Source: the human T2T-CHM13v2.0 reference genome, Homo sapiens
Assembly: GCF_009914755.1 (NCBI RefSeq)
Contig: NC_060933.1
DNA length: 64,000 nucleotides
Direction: 5' to 3' (one strand)
The notes under the pieces: generated by a model
Seen by the model: only the letters and a program-made list of their open reading frames with translations
Databases searched by the model: none
Told to the model about the DNA's origin: nothing
Made by a program: the position numbers and the translations under genes
Part shown: in pieces, positions 14,401 through 29,490 of the stretch
How positions within the stretch are numbered: position 1 is the stretch's first letter
Layout: each line of letters begins with the position of its first letter

Positions 14401-15590
14401 GGAATCAACACGAGTGGAATGGCATGGATTGGAATGGAATGGAATGGAATCAACACGAGTACAGGGGAATGGAATGGAATGGAATGAAATGGAATGGAAT
14501 CATCCATAATGTAATGGAAAGGAATAGAATGGAATGGAATGGAATGGAATGGAATGGAATGGAATCAACTCGATTGCAATTGAATGGAATGGAATGGAAT
14601 TAACCCGAATAGAATGGAATGGAATGGAATGGAATGGAACGGAACGGAATGGAAAGGAATGGAATGGAATGGAACGGATCGGAATGGAATGGAATGGAAT
14701 GGAATGGAATGGAATCAACGCGAGTGCAGGGGAATGGAATGGAATGGAATGCAATGGAATGGAAACTTCCGGAATGGGACGGAATGGAATGGAATAGAAT
14801 GGAATGGAATGGAATGGAAAGGAATCAACCCGAGTACAGGGGAATGGAATGGAATGGAATGCAATGGAATCGAATCATCCGTAATGGAATGGAAAGGAAT
14901 GGAATGGAATGGAAAAGAATGGAATGGAATGGAATGGAATGGAATGGAATCAACTCGATTGCAATCGAATGGAATGGAATGGAATTAACCCGAATAGAAT
15001 GGAATGGAAGGGAATGGAACGGAAGGGAACGGAATGGAATGGAATGGAATGGAATGGAATGGAATGGAATGGAACGGAAAGGAATGGAATGGAATGGAAT
15101 GGAATGGAATGGAATGGAATGGAATCAACGCGAGTGCAGGGGAATGGAATGGAATGGAATGCAATGGAAAGGAATCTTCCGGAATGGAATGGAATGGAAT
15201 GGAATGGAATGGAATGGAATGGAATGGAATAAACCCGAGTGCAATGGAATGGAGTGGAATGGAATGGAATGGAATGGAACAACCCGAATGGAATGGAATG
15301 TAATGGAGAGTAAGGGATTTGAATAGAATCAATCCGAATGTAATGGAATGGAATGGAACGGAATGGAATTGAATGGAATGGAATGGAATGCAATGGAATG
15401 GAATCAACCCGAGTGCAATGGAATGGAGAGGAATGGAATGGAATGGAATGGAAACTACCCGAATGGAATGGAATGTAATGGAGTGTAAGGGAATTGAATA
15501 GAATCAATCCGAATGTAAAGGAATGGAATGGAACGGAATGGAATGGAATGGAATGGAATGGAATGGAATGCAATGGAATGGAATCAACCC
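11411..15590 (+). repeat. ~4.18-kb higher-order unit, copy 2 (diverged; most of it also forms the start of the large super-unit)
   Basis: Shares markers with 7230-11410 in the same order: GAGGGCAATG, TGAAGCCGTGTG, TCCACTCGAT, CGATTTCAAT, GCAATGCCATGG, CATCCATAAT, AAACTTCCGG. Confidence 0.85.
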
Positions 15591-18500
15591 GAGTGCAATC
15601 GAATGGAATCGAATGCAATGGAATGGATTCAACTTGAATGGAATGGAATGAATGGAATCAACACGAGTGGAAGGGCATGGATTGGAATGCAATGGAATGG
15701 AATCAAACCGAGTACAGGGGAATGGAATGGAATGGAATGCAATGGAATGGAATCATCCGTAATGGAATGGAAAGGAATGGAATGGAATGGAATGGAATGG
15801 AATGGAATGGAATCAACACGATTGGAATCGAATGGAATGGAATGGAATTAACCCGAATAGAATGGAATGGAATGGAATGGATCGAAACGGAATGGAATGG
15901 AATGGAATGGAATGGAATGGAACGGAACGGAATGGAATGGAATGGAATGGAATGGAATGGAAAGGAATGGAATCAACGCGAGTGCAGGGGAATGGAATGT
16001 AATGGAATGCAATGGAATGGAATCTTCCGGAATGTAATGGAATGTAATGGAATCAACCCGAGTGCAATGGAATGGAGTGGAATGGAATGGAATGGAATGG
16101 AACAACCCGAATGGAATCGAATGTAATGGAGAGTAAGGGAATTGAATAGAATCAATCCGAATGTAATGGAATGGAATGGAACGGAATGGAATGGAATGGA
16201 ATGGAATGGAATGGAATGGAATGCAATGGAATGGAATCAACCCGAGTGCAATCGAATGGAATGGAATGCAATGGAATGCAATGGAATGGATTCAACTAGA
16301 ATGGAATGGAAAGAATGGAATCAACAAGAGTGGAAGGGCATGGATTGGAATGGAATGGAATGGAATCAACCCGAGTACAGGGGAATGGAATGGAATGTAA
16401 TGCAATGGAATGGAATCATCCGTAATGGAATGGAAAGGAATGGAATGCAATGGAATGGAATGGAATGGAAAAAATTGGTTGCAATCGAATGGAATTGAAT
16501 GGAATTAACCCGAATAGAATGGAATGGAATGGAATGGAACGGAACTGAATGGAATGGAATGGAATGGAATGGAATGGAATGGAATGGAATGGAAAGGAAA
16601 GGAAGAGAATGGAATGGAATAGAGTGGAATAGAATGGAATCAACGCGAGTGCAGGGGAATGGAATGGAATGGAATGGAATCGAATGGAATGGAATGGAAT
16701 TAACCGGAATAGAATGGAATGGAATGGAATGGAACGGAATGGAATGGAATGGAATGGAATGGAATGGAATGGAATGGAATCAACCCGAGTGCAGGGGAAT
16801 GGAATGGAATGGAATGCAATGGAATGGAATCATCCGGAATGGAATGGAATGGAATGGAATGCAATCAACCTGATGCAATGGAATGGAGTGGAATGGAATG
16901 GAATGCAATGGAAACATCCCGAATGGAATGGAATGGAATGGAGTGTAAGGGAATTGAATAGAATCAATCCGAATGTAATGGAATGCAATGGAATGAAATG
17001 GAATGGAATGGAATGGAATGGAATCAACCCGAGTGCAATGGAATGGATTCGAATGGAATGGAATGGAATGGAATGGATTCAAAAAGAATGGAATGGAAAG
17101 CAATGGAATCAACCCGAGTGTAATGGCATGGAATGGAACGGAATGGAATGGGATGGAATGGAATGGTATGGAATATAATGGAATGGAATGAAATGGAATG
17201 GAATGGAATGGAATGGAATGAACCCGTGTGCAATGGAATGGAATGGAATGAAATGGAATGGAATGGAATGGAATGGAATGGAATAGAATGGAATGCAATG
17301 GAATGGAATGCAATGGAATGGAATCAACCCGAGTGAAATGGAATGGAGAGGAATGGAATGGAATGGAATGGAAACTACCCGAATGGAATGGAATGTAATG
17401 GAGTGTAAGGGAATTGAATAGAATCAATCCGAATGTAATGGAATGGAATGGAACGGAATGGAATGGAATGGAATGGAATGGAATGGAATGGAATGCAATC
17501 AACCCGAGTGCAATCGAATGGAATCGAAACGAATGCAATGCAATGGAATGGGTTCAACTTGAATGGAATGGAAAGAATGGAATCAACACGAGTGGAATGG
17601 CATGGATTGGAATGGAATGGAATGGAATCAACCCGAGTACAGGGGAATGGAATGGAATGGAATGCAATGGAATGGAATCATCCGTAATGGAATGGAAAGG
17701 AATGGAATGGAATGGAATGGAATGGAATGGAATGGAATGGAATTAACCCGAATAGAATGGAATGGAATGGAATGGAAAGGAACGGAACGGAATGGAAGGG
17801 AATGGAATGGAATGGAATGGAATGGAACGGAAAGGAATGGAATGAAATGGAATGGAGTGGAATGGAATGGAATGGAATCAACGCGAGTGCAGGGGAATGG
17901 AATGGAATGGAATGCAATGGAATGGAATCTTCCGGAATGGAATGGAATGGAATGGAATGGAATGGAATGGAATGGAATAAACCCGAGTGCAATGGAATGG
18001 AGTGGAATGGAATGGAATGGAATGGAACAACCCGAATGGAATGGAATGTAATGGAGAGTAAGGGAGTTGAATAGAATCAATCCGAATGTAATGGAATGGA
18101 GTGGAACGGAATGGAATTGAATGGAATGGGATGGAATGCAATGGAATGGAATCAACCCGAGTGCAATGGAATGGAGAGGAATGGAATGGAATGGAATGGA
18201 AACTACCCGAATGGAATGGAATGTAATGGAGTGTAAGGGAATTGAATAGAATCAATCCGAATGTAATGGAATGGAATGGAACGGAATGGAATGGAATGGA
18301 ATGGAATGGAATGCAATGGAATGGAATCAACCCGAGTGCAATCGAATGGAATCGAATGCAATGGAATGGATTCAACTTGAATGGAATGGAATGAATGGAA
18401 TCAACACGAGTGGAAGGGCATGGATTGGAATGCAATGGAATGGAATCAACCCGAGTACAGGGGAATGGAATGGAATGGAATGCAATGGAATGGAATCATC

Positions 18501-21500
18501 CGTAATGGAATGGAAAGGAATGGAATGGAATGGAATGGAATGGAATGCAATGGAATGGAATGGAATGGAATCAACACGATTGGAATCGAATGGAATGGAA
18601 TGGAATTAACCCGAATAGAATGGAATGGAATGGAATGGATCGAAACGGAATGGAATGGAATGGAATGGAATGGAATGGAACGGAACGGAATGGAATGGAA
18701 TGGAATGGAATGGAATGGAAAGGAATGGAATCAACGCGAGTGCAGGGGAATGGAATGTAATGGAATGCAATGGAATGGAATCTTCCGGAATGGAATGGAA
18801 TGTAATGGAATCAACCCGAGTGCAATGGAATGGAGTGGAATGGAATGGAATGGAATGGAACAACCCGAATGGAATCGAATGTAATGGAGAGTAAGGGAAT
18901 TGAATAGAATCAATCCGAATGTAATGGAATGGAATGGAACGGAATGGAATGGAATGGAATGGAATGGAATGGAATGGAATGCAATGGAATGGAATCAACC
19001 CGAGTGCAATCGAATGGAATGGAATGCAATGGAATGCAATGGAATGGATTCAACTAGAATGGAATGGAAAGAATGGAATCAACAAGAGTGGAAGGGCATG
19101 GATTGGAATGGAATGGAATGGAATCAACCCGAGTACAGGGGAATGGAATGGAATGGAATGCAATGGAATGGAATCATCCGTAATGGAATGGAAAGGAATG
19201 GAATGGAATGGAATGGAATGGAATGGAAAAAATTGGTTGCAATCGAATGGAATTGAATGGAATTAACCCGAATAGAATGGAATGGAATGGAATGGAATGG
19301 AACGGAACTGAATGGAATGGAATGGAATGGAATGGAATGGAATGGAATGGAAAGGAAAGGAAGGGAATGGAATGGAATAGAGTGGAATAGAATGGAATCA
19401 ACGCGAGTGCAGGGGAATGGAATGGAATGGAATGGAATCGAATGGAATGGAATGGAATTAACCGGAATAGAATGGAATGGAATGGAATGGAACGGAATGG
19501 AATGGAATGGAATGGAATGGAATGGAATCAACCCGAGTGTAGGGGAATGGAATGGAATGGAATGCAATGGAATGGAATCATCCGGAATGGAATGGAATGG
19601 AATGGAATGCAATCAACCTGATGCAATGGAATGGAGTGGAATGGAATGGAATGCAATGGAAACATCCCGAATGGAATGGAATGGAATGGAGTGTAAGGGA
19701 ATTGAATAGAATCAATCCGAATGTAATGGAATGCAATGGAATGAAATGGAATGGAATGGAATGGAATGGAATCAACCCGAGTGCAATGGAATGGATTCGA
19801 ATGGAATGGAATGGAATGGAATGGATTCAAAAAGAATGGAATGGAAAGGAATGGAATCAACCCGAGTGTAATGGCATGGAATGGAACGGAATGGAATGGG
19901 ATGGAATGGAATGGTATGGAATATAATGGAATGGAATGAAATGGAATGGAATGGAATGGAATGGAATGGAATGAACCCGTGTGCAATGGAATGGAATGGA
20001 ATGAAATGGAATGGAATGGAATGGAATGGAATGGAATAGAATGGAATGCAATGGAATGGAATGCAATGGAATGGAATCAACCCGAGTGAAATGGAATGGA
20101 GAGGAATGGAATGGAATGGAATGGAAACTACCCGAATGGAATGGAATGTAATGGAGTGTAAGGGAATTGAATAGAATCAATCCGAATGTAATGGAATGGA
20201 ATGGAACGGAATGGAATGGAATGGAATGGAATGGAATGGAATGGAATGCAATCAACCCGAGTGCAATCGAATGGAATCGAAACGAATGCAATGCAATGGA
20301 ATGGGTTCAACTTGAATGGAATGGAAAGAATGGAATCAACACGAGTGGAATGGCATGGATTGGAATGGAATGGAATGGAATCAACCCGAGTACAGGGGAA
20401 TGGAATGGAATGGAATGCAATGGAATGGAATCATCCGTAATGGAATGGAAAGGAATGGAATGGAATGGAATGGAATGGAATGGAATGGAATGGAATTAAC
20501 CCGAATAGAATGGAATGGAATGGAATGGAACGGAACGGAACGGAATGGAAGGGAATGGAATGGAATGGAATGGAATGGAATGGAAAGGAATGGAATGAAA
20601 TGGAATGGAGTGGAATGGAATGGAATGGAATCAACGCGAGTGCAGGGGAATGGAATGGAATGGAATGCAATGGAATGGAATCTTCCGGAATGGAATGGAA
20701 TGGAATGGAATGGAATGGAATGGAATGGAATAAACCCGAGTGCAATGGAATGGAGTGGAATGGAATGGAATGGAATGGAACAACCCGAATGGAATGGAAT
20801 GTAATGGAGAGTAAGGGAGTTGAATAGAATCAATCCGAATGTAATGGAATGGAATGGAACGGAATGGAATTGAATGGAATGGGATGGAATGCAATGGAAT
20901 GGAATCAACCCGAGTGCAATGGAATGGAGAGGAATGGAATGGAATGGAATGGAAACTACCCGAATGGAATGGAATGTAATGGAGTGTAAGGGAATTGAAT
21001 AGAATCAATCCGAATGTAATGGAATGGAATGGAACGGAATGGAATGGAATGGAATGGAATGGAATGCAATGGAATGGAATCAACCCGAGTGCAATCGAAT
21101 GGAATCGAATGCAATGGAATGGATTCAACTTGAATGGAATGGAATGAATGGAATCAACACGAGTGGAAGGGCATGGATTGGAATGCAATGGAATGGAATC
21201 AACCCGAGTACAGGGGAATGGAATGGAATGGAATGCAATGGAATGGAATCATCCGTAATGGAATGGAAAGGAATGGAATGGAATGGAATGGAATGGAATG
21301 CAATGGAATGGAATGGAATGGAATCAACACGATTGGAATCGAATGGAATGGAATGGAATTAACCCGAATAGAATGGAATGGAATGGAATGGATCGAAACG
21401 GAATGGAATGGAATGGAATGGAATGGAATGGAACGGAACGGAATGGAATGGAATGGAATGGAATGGAATGGAAAGGAATGGAATCAACGCGAGTGCAGGG

Positions 21501-24500
21501 GAATGGAATGTAATGGAATGCAATGGAATGGAATCTTCCGGAATGGAATGGAATGTAATGGAATCAACCCGAGTGCAATGGAATGGAGTGGAATGGAATG
21601 GAATGGAATGGAACAACCCGAATGGAATCGAATGTAATGGAGAGTAAGGGAATTGAATAGAATCAATCCGAATGTAATGGAATGGAATGGAACGGAATGG
21701 AACGGAATGGAATGGAATGGAATGGAATGGAATGCAATGGAATGGAATCAACCCGAGTGCAATCGAATGGAATGGAATGCAATGGAATGCAATGGAATGG
21801 ATTCAACTAGAATGGAATGGAAAGAATGGAATCAACAAGAGTGGAAGGGCATGGATTGGAATGGAATGGAATGGAATCAACCCGAGTACAGGGGAATGGA
21901 ATGGAATGTAATGCAATGGAATGGAATCATCCGTAATGGAATGGAAAGGAATGGAATGCAATGGAATGGAATGGAATGGAAAAAATTGGTTGCAATCGAA
22001 TGGAATTGAATGGAATTAACCCGAATAGAATGGAATGGAATGGAATGGAACGGAACTGAATGGAATGGAATGGAATGGAATGGAATGGAATGGAATGGAA
22101 TGGAATGGAAAGGAAAGGAAGAGAATGGAATGGAATAGAGTGGAATAGAATGGAATCAACGCGAGTGCAGGGGAATGGAATGGAATGGAATGGAATCGAA
22201 TGGAATGGAATGGAATTAACCGGAATAGAATGGAATGGAATGGAATGGAACGGAATGGAATGGAATGGAATGGAATGGAATGGAATGGAATGGAATCAAC
22301 CCGAGTGCAGGGGAATGGAATGGAATGGAATGCAATGGAATGGAATCATCCGGAATGGAATGGAATGGAATGGAATGCAATCAACCTGATGCAATGGAAT
22401 GGAGTGGAATGGAATGGAATGCAATGGAAACATCCCGAATGGAATGGAATGGAATGGAGTGTAAGGGAATTGAATAGAATCAATCCGAATGTAATGGAAT
22501 GCAATGGAATGAAATGGAATGGAATGGAATGGAATGGAATCAACCCGAGTGCAATGGAATGGATTCGAATGGAATGGAATGGAATGGAATGGATTCAAAA
22601 AGAATGGAATGGAAAGCAATGGAATCAACCCGAGTGTAATGGCATGGAATGGAACGGAATGGAATGGGATGGAATGGAATGGTATGGAATATAATGGAAT
22701 GGAATGAAATGGAATGGAATGGAATGGAATGGAATGAACCCGTGTGCAATGGAATGGAATGGAATGAAATGGAATGGAATGGAATGGAATGGAATGGAAT
22801 AGAATGGAATGCAATGGAATGGAATGCAATGGAATGGAATCAACCCGAGTGAAATGGAATGGAGAGGAATGGAATGGAATGGAATGGAAACTACCCGAAT
22901 GGAATGGAATGTAATGGAGTGTAAGGGAATTGAATAGAATCAATCCGAATGTAATGGAATGGAATGGAACGGAATGGAATGGAATGGAATGGAATGGAAT
23001 GGAATGGAATGCAATCAACCCGAGTGCAATCGAATGGAATCGAAACGAATGCAATGCAATGGAATGGGTTCAACTTGAATGGAATGGAAAGAATGGAATC
23101 AACACGAGTGGAATGGCATGGATTGGAATGGAATGGAATGGAATCAACCCGAGTACAGGGGAATGGAATGGAATGGAATGCAATGGAATGGAATCATCCG
23201 TAATGGAATGGAAAGGAATGGAATGGAATGGAATGGAATGGAATGGAATGGAATGGAATTAACCCGAATAGAATGGAATGGAATGGAATGGAAAGGAACG
23301 GAACGGAATGGAAGGGAATGGAATGGAATGGAATGGAATGGAACGGAAAGGAATGGAATGAAATGGAATGGAGTGGAATGGAATGGAATGGAATCAACGC
23401 GAGTGCAGGGGAATGGAATGGAATGGAATGCAATGGAATGGAATCTTCCGGAATGGAATGGAATGGAATGGAATGGAATGGAATGGAATGGAATAAACCC
23501 GAGTGCAATGGAATGGAGTGGAATGGAATGGAATGGAATGGAACAACCCGAATGGAATGGAATGTAATGGAGAGTAAGGGAGTTGAATAGAATCAATCCG
23601 AATGTAATGGAATGGAATGGAACGGAATGGAATTGAATGGAATGGGATGGAATGCAATGGAATGGAATCAACCCGAGTGCAATGGAATGGAGAGGAATGG
23701 AATGGAATGGAATGGAAACTACCCGAATGGAATGGAATGTAATGGAGTGTAAGGGAATTGAATAGAATCAATCCGAATGTAATGGAATGGAATGGAACGG
23801 AATGGAATGGAATGGAATGGAATGGAATGCAATGGAATGGAATCAACCCGAGTGCAATCGAATGGAATCGAATGCAATGGAATGGATTCAACTTGAATGG
23901 AATGGAATGAATGGAATCAACACGAGTGGAAGGGCATGGATTGGAATGCAATGGAATGGAATCAACCCGAGTACAGGGGAATGGAATGGAATGGAATGCA
24001 ATGGAATGGAATCATCCGTAATGGAATGGAAAGGAATGGAATGGAATGGAATGGAATGGAATGCAATGGAATGGAATGGAATGGAATCAACACGATTGGA
24101 ATCGAATGGAATGGAATGGAATTAACCCGAATAGAATGGAATGGAATGGAATGGATCGAAACGGAATGGAATGGAATGGAATGGAATGGAATGGAACGGA
24201 ACGGAATGGAATGGAATGGAATGGAATGGAATGGAAAGGAATGGAATCAACGCGAGTGCAGGGGAATGGAATGTAATGGAATGCAATGGAATGGAATCTT
24301 CCGGAATGGAATGGAATGTAATGGAATCAACCCGAGTGCAATGGAATGGAGTGGAATGGAATGGAATGGAATGGAACAACCCGAATGGAATCGAATGTAA
24401 TGGAGAGTAAGGGAATTGAATAGAATCAATCCGAATGTAATGGAATGGAATGGAACGGAATGGAATGGAATGGAATGGAATGGAATGGAATGGAATGCAA

Positions 24501-27500
24501 TGGAATGGAATCAACCCGAGTGCAATCGAATGGAATGGAATGCAATGGAATGCAATGGAATGGATTCAACTAGAATGGAATGGAAAGAATGGAATCAACA
24601 AGAGTGGAAGGGCATGGATTGGAATGGAATGGAATGGAATCAACCCGAGTACAGGGGAATGGAATGGAATGGAATGCAATGGAATGGAATCATCCGTAAT
24701 GGAATGGAAAGGAATGGAATGGAATGGAATGGAATGGAATGGAAAAAATTGGTTGCAATCGAATGGAATTGAATGGAATTAACCCGAATAGAATGGAATG
24801 GAATGGAATGGAACGGAACTGAATGGAATGGAATGGAATGGAATGGAATGGAATGGAATGGAAAGGAAAGGAAGGGAATGGAATGGAATAGAGTGGAATA
24901 GAATGGAATCAACGCGAGTGCAGGGGAATGGAATGGAATGGAATGGAATCGAATGGAATGGAATGGAATTAACCGGAATAGAATGGAATGGAATGGAATG
25001 GAACGGAATGGAATGGAATGGAATGGAATGGAATGGAATGGAATGGAATCAACCCGAGTGTAGGGGAATGGAATGGAATGGAATGCAATGGAATGGAATC
25101 ATCCGGAATGGAATGGAATGGAATGGAATGCAATCAACCTGATGCAATGGAATGGAGTGGAATGGAATGGAATGCAATGGAAACATCCCGAATGGAATGG
25201 AATGGAATGGAGTGTAAGGGAATTGAATAGAATCAATCCGAATGTAATGGAATGCAATGGAATGAAATGGAATGGAATGGAATGGAATGGAATCAACCCG
25301 AGTGCAATGGAATGGATTCGAATGGAATGGAATGGAATGGAATGGATTCAAAAAGAATGGAATGGAAAGGAATGGAATCAACCCGAGTGTAATGGCATGG
25401 AATGGAACGGAATGGAATGGGATGGAATGGAATGGTATGGAATATAATGGAATGGAATGAAATGGAATGGAATGGAATGGAATGGAATGGAATGAACCCG
25501 TGTGCAATGGAATGGAATGGAATGAAATGGAATGGAATGGAATGGAATGGAATGGAATAGAATGGAATGCAATGGAATGGAATGCAATGGAATGGAATCA
25601 ACCCGAGTGAAATGGAATGGAGAGGAATGGAATGGAATGGAATGGAAACTACCCGAATGGAATGGAATGTAATGGAGTGTAAGGGAATTGAATAGAATCA
25701 ATCCGAATGTAATGGAATGGAATGGAACGGAATGGAATGGAATGGAATGGAATGGAATGGAATGGAATGCAATCAACCCGAGTGCAATCGAATGGAATCG
25801 AAACGAATGCAATGCAATGGAATGGGTTCAACTTGAATGGAATGGAAAGAATGGAATCAACACGAGTGGAATGGCATGGATTGGAATGGAATGGAATGGA
25901 ATCAACCCGAGTACAGGGGAATGGAATGGAATGGAATGCAATGGAATGGAATCATCCGTAATGGAATGGAAAGGAATGGAATGGAATGGAATGGAATGGA
26001 ATGGAATGGAATGGAATTAACCCGAATAGAATGGAATGGAATGGAATGGAACGGAACGGAACGGAATGGAAGGGAATGGAATGGAATGGAATGGAATGGA
26101 ACGGAAAGGAATGGAATGAAATGGAATGGAGTGGAATGGAATGGAATGGAATCAACGCGAGTGCAGGGGAATGGAATGGAATGGAATGCAATGGAATGGA
26201 ATCTTCCGGAATGGAATGGAATGGAATGGAATGGAATGGAATGGAATGGAATAAACCCGAGTGCAATGGAATGGAGTGGAATGGAATGGAATGGAATGGA
26301 ACAACCCGAATGGAATGGAATGTAATGGAGAGTAAGGGAGTTGAATAGAATCAATCCGAATGTAATGGAATGGAATGGAACGGAATGGAATTGAATGGAA
26401 TGGGATGGAATGCAATGGAATGGAATCAACCCGAGTGCAATGGAATGGAGAGGAATGGAATGGAATGGAATGGAAACTACCCGAATGGAATGGAATGTAA
26501 TGGAGTGTAAGGGAATTGAATAGAATCAATCCGAATGTAATGGAATGGAATGGAACCGAATGGAATGGAATGGAATGGAATGGAATGCAATGGAATGGAA
26601 TCAACCCGAGTGCAATCGAATGGAATCGAATGCAATGGAATGGATTCAACTTGAATGGAATGGAATGAATGGAATCAACACGAGTGGAAGGGCATGGATT
26701 GGAATGCAATGGAATGGAATCAACCCGAGTACAGGGGAATGGAATGGAATGGAATGCAATGGAATGGAATCATCCGTAATGGAATGGAAAGGAATGGAAT
26801 GGAATGGAATGGAATGGAATGGAATGGAATGGAATGGAATCAACACGATTGGAATCGAATGGAATGGAATGGAATTAACCCGAATAGAATGGAATGGAAT
26901 GGAATGGATCGAAACGGAATGGAATGGAATGGAATGGAATGGAATGGAACGGAACGGAATGGAATGGAATGGAATGGAATGGAAAGGAAAGGAATGGAAT
27001 CAACGCGAGTGCAGGGGAATGGAATGTAATGGAATGCAATGGAATGGAATCTTCCGGAATGGAATGGAATGTAATGGAATCAACCCGAGTGCAATGGAAT
27101 GGAGTGGAATGGAATGGAATGGAATGGAACAACCCGAATGGAATCGAATGTAATGGAGAGTAAGGGAATTGAATAGAATCAATCCGAATGTAATGGAATG
27201 GAATGGAACGGAATGGAATGGAATGGAATGGAATGGAATGGAATGGAATGCAATGGAATGGAATCAACCCGAGTGCAATCGAATGGAATGGAATGCAATG
27301 GAATGCAATGGAATGGATTCAACTAGAATGGAATGGAAAGAATGGAATCAACAAGAGTGGAAGGGCATGGATTGGAATGGAATGGAATGGAATCAACCCG
27401 AGTACAGGGGAATGGAATGGAATGGAATGCAATGGAATGGAATCATCCGTAATGGAATGGAAAGGAATGGAATGGAATGGAATGGAATGGAATGGAAAAA

Positions 27501-29490
27501 ATTGGTTGCAATCGAATGGAATTGAATGGAATTAACCCGAATAGAATGGAATGGAATGGAATGGAACGGAACTGAATGGAATGGAATGGAATGGAATGGA
27601 ATGGAATGGAATGGAAAGGAAAGGAAGGGAATGGAATGGAATAGAGTGGAATAGAATGGAATCAACGCGAGTGCAGGGGAATGGAATGGAATGGAATGGA
27701 ATCGAATGGAATGGAATGGAATTAACCGGAATAGAATGCAATGGAATGGAATGGAACGGAATGGAATGGAATGGAATGGAATGGAATGGAATGGAATGGA
27801 ATCAACCCGAGTGTAGGGGAATGGAATGGAATGGAATGCAATGGAATGGAATCATCCGGAATGGAATGGAATGGAATGGAATGCAATCAACCTGATGCAA
27901 TGGAATGGAGTGGAATGGAATGGAATGCAATGGAAACATCCCGAATGGAATGGAATGGAATGGAGTGTAAGGGAATTGAATAGAATCAATCCGAATGTAA
28001 TGGAATGGAATGGAATGAAATGGAATGGAATGAAATGGAATGGAATGGAATGGAATGGAATCAACCCGAGTGCAATGGAATGGATTCGAATGGAATGGAA
28101 TGGAATGGATTCAAAAAGAATGGAATGGAAAGGAATGGAATCAACCCGAGTGTAATGGCATGGAATGGAACGGAATGGAATGGGATGGAATGGAATGGTA
28201 TGGAATATAATGGAATGGAATGAAATGGAATGGAATGGAATGGAATGGAATGGAATGGAATGGAATGGAATGAACCCGTGTGCAATGGAATGGAATGGAA
28301 TGAAATGGAATGGAATGGAATGGAATGGAATGGAATGGAATGGAATGGAATGGAATGGAATGCAATGGAATGGAATGCAATGGAATGGAATGGAATGGAA
28401 TGGAATGGAATGGAATGGAATGGAATGCAATGGAATGGAATGCAATGGAATGGAATCAACCCGAGTGAAATGGAATGGAGAGGAATGGAATGGAATGGAA
28501 TGGAAACTACCCGAATGGAATGGAATGTAATGGAGTGTAAGGGAATTGAATAGAATCAATCCGAATGTAATGGAATGGAATGGAACGGAATGGAATGGAA
28601 TGGAATGGAATGGAATGGAATGGAATGGAATGCAATCAACCCGAGTGCAATCGAATGGAATCGAAACGAATGCAATGCAATGGAATGGGTTCAACTTGAA
28701 TGGAATGGAAAGAATGGAATCAACACGAGTGGAATGGCATGGATTGGAATAGAATGGAATGGAATCAACCCGAGTACAGGGGAATGGAATGGAATGGAAT
28801 GCAATGGAATGGAATCATCCGTAATGGAATGGAAAGGAATGGAATGGAATGGAATGGAATGGAATGGAATGGAATGGAATTAACCCGAATAGAATGGAAT
28901 GGAATGGAATGGAACGGAACGGAAAGGAATGGAAGGGAATGGAATGGAATGGAATGGAATGGAACGGAAAGGAATGGAATGAAATGGAATGGAGTGGAAT
29001 GGAATGGAATGGAATCAACGCGAGTGCAGGGGAATGGAATGGAATGGAATGCAATGGAATGGAATCTTCCGGAATGGAATGGAATGGAATGGAATGGAAT
29101 GGAATGGAATGGAATAAACCCGAGTGCAATGGAATGGAGTGGAATGGAATGGAATGGAATGGAACAACCCGAATGGAATGGAATGTAATGGAGAGTAAGG
29201 GAGTTGAATAGAATCAATCCGAATGTAATGGAATGGAATGGAACGGAATGGAATTGAATGGAATGGGATGGAATGCAATGGAATGGAATCAACCCGAGTG
29301 CAATGGAATGGAGAGGAATGGAATGGAATGGAATGGAAACTACCCGAATGGAATGGAATGTAATGGAGTGTAAGGGAATTGAATAGAATCAATCCGAATG
29401 TAATGGAATGGAATGGAACGGAATGGAATGGAATGGAATGGAATGGAATGCAATGGAATGGAATCAACCCGAGTGCAATCGAATGGAATC
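15120..29490 (+). repeat. Tandem array of a ~2.76-kb unit, ~5.2 copies
   Basis: The unique marker GGAAAAAATTGGTTGCAATCG occurs at 16467, 19225, 21978, 24741 and 27494 (spacings 2758, 2753, 2763, 2753). Confidence 0.95.

Noticed and set aside
16467-16487. GGAAAAAATTGGTTGCAATCG as a poly(A) or retro-insertion scar
   Set aside because: It has only six As and no target-site duplication. It sits where GGAATCAACTCGATTGCAATCG normally lies, so it is a mutated decamer.
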